Source of the DNA: Leucoraja ocellata
Taxonomy: Eukaryota
Reading direction: 5' to 3'
NCBI GenBank assembly: GCA_036785375.1
Contig: JAWMAR010000102.1
Coordinates: 6,696,001-6,760,000 of the forward strand
DNA length: 64,000 bases
Shown here: piece after piece, positions 63,819 to 64,000 of the stretch
Layout of the letters: each line of letters starts with the position of its first letter
Numbering within the stretch: position 1 is the stretch's first letter
The notes under the pieces: model-generated
The model's database searches: none
What the model was told of the DNA's origin: nothing
What the model saw: the letters and a program-made list of their open reading frames with translations, nothing else
Program-made: the position numbers and the translations under genes

Positions 63819-64000
63819 GAGAGTTGCTGCCTTACAGCGCCAGAGCCCCTGGTTCAATCCTGGCTACGGGCGCTGTCTGTACGGAGTTTGTACGTTCTCC
63901 CTGTGACCTGCGTGGGGTTTTTTCCGGGGTCTCCAGTTTCCCCCCACACTCCAGACGTACAGGTTTGTAGGTTAATTGGCTTGGTATAATTGTAAATTTT
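63819..64000 (+). mobile_element. HE1-like SINE (runs off the window)
   Basis: SINE head and core. Confidence 0.85.

Overview
Eukaryotic genomic DNA, very probably from a cartilaginous fish such as a skate or ray (inferred from the HE1-like V-SINE and HER1/CR1 repeat complement). Two genes lie head-to-head, as at human 22q11.2. TXNRD2 (mitochondrial thioredoxin reductase, - strand) has coding exons 1-11 in the window (40720 down to 4801), including the CVNVGC redox motif and a U12-type intron 9. Its 3' exons with Sec/SECIS lie beyond the left edge. COMT (membrane-bound catechol O-methyltransferase, + strand) has three coding exons (54649-63646); its last exon is beyond the right edge. Introns are densely filled with HE1-like SINEs, CR1, L2, L1 and Rex/Babar-like LINE ends, Harbinger and hAT MITEs, and Penelope-like elements (PLE). 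The most unusual signal is a prolific family of 70-370 bp PLE-derived mini-elements. They carry a hammerhead-ribozyme-like motif, form palindromes, have 10-14 bp target-site duplications (TSDs), amplify an internal 33-34 bp unit, and in one inverted duplicate pair show flip/flop isomers of the core. Gene and repeat family names come from recalled homology, not database searches. Repeat boundaries are approximate. Most ORFs in the supplied track are repeat-derived noise.
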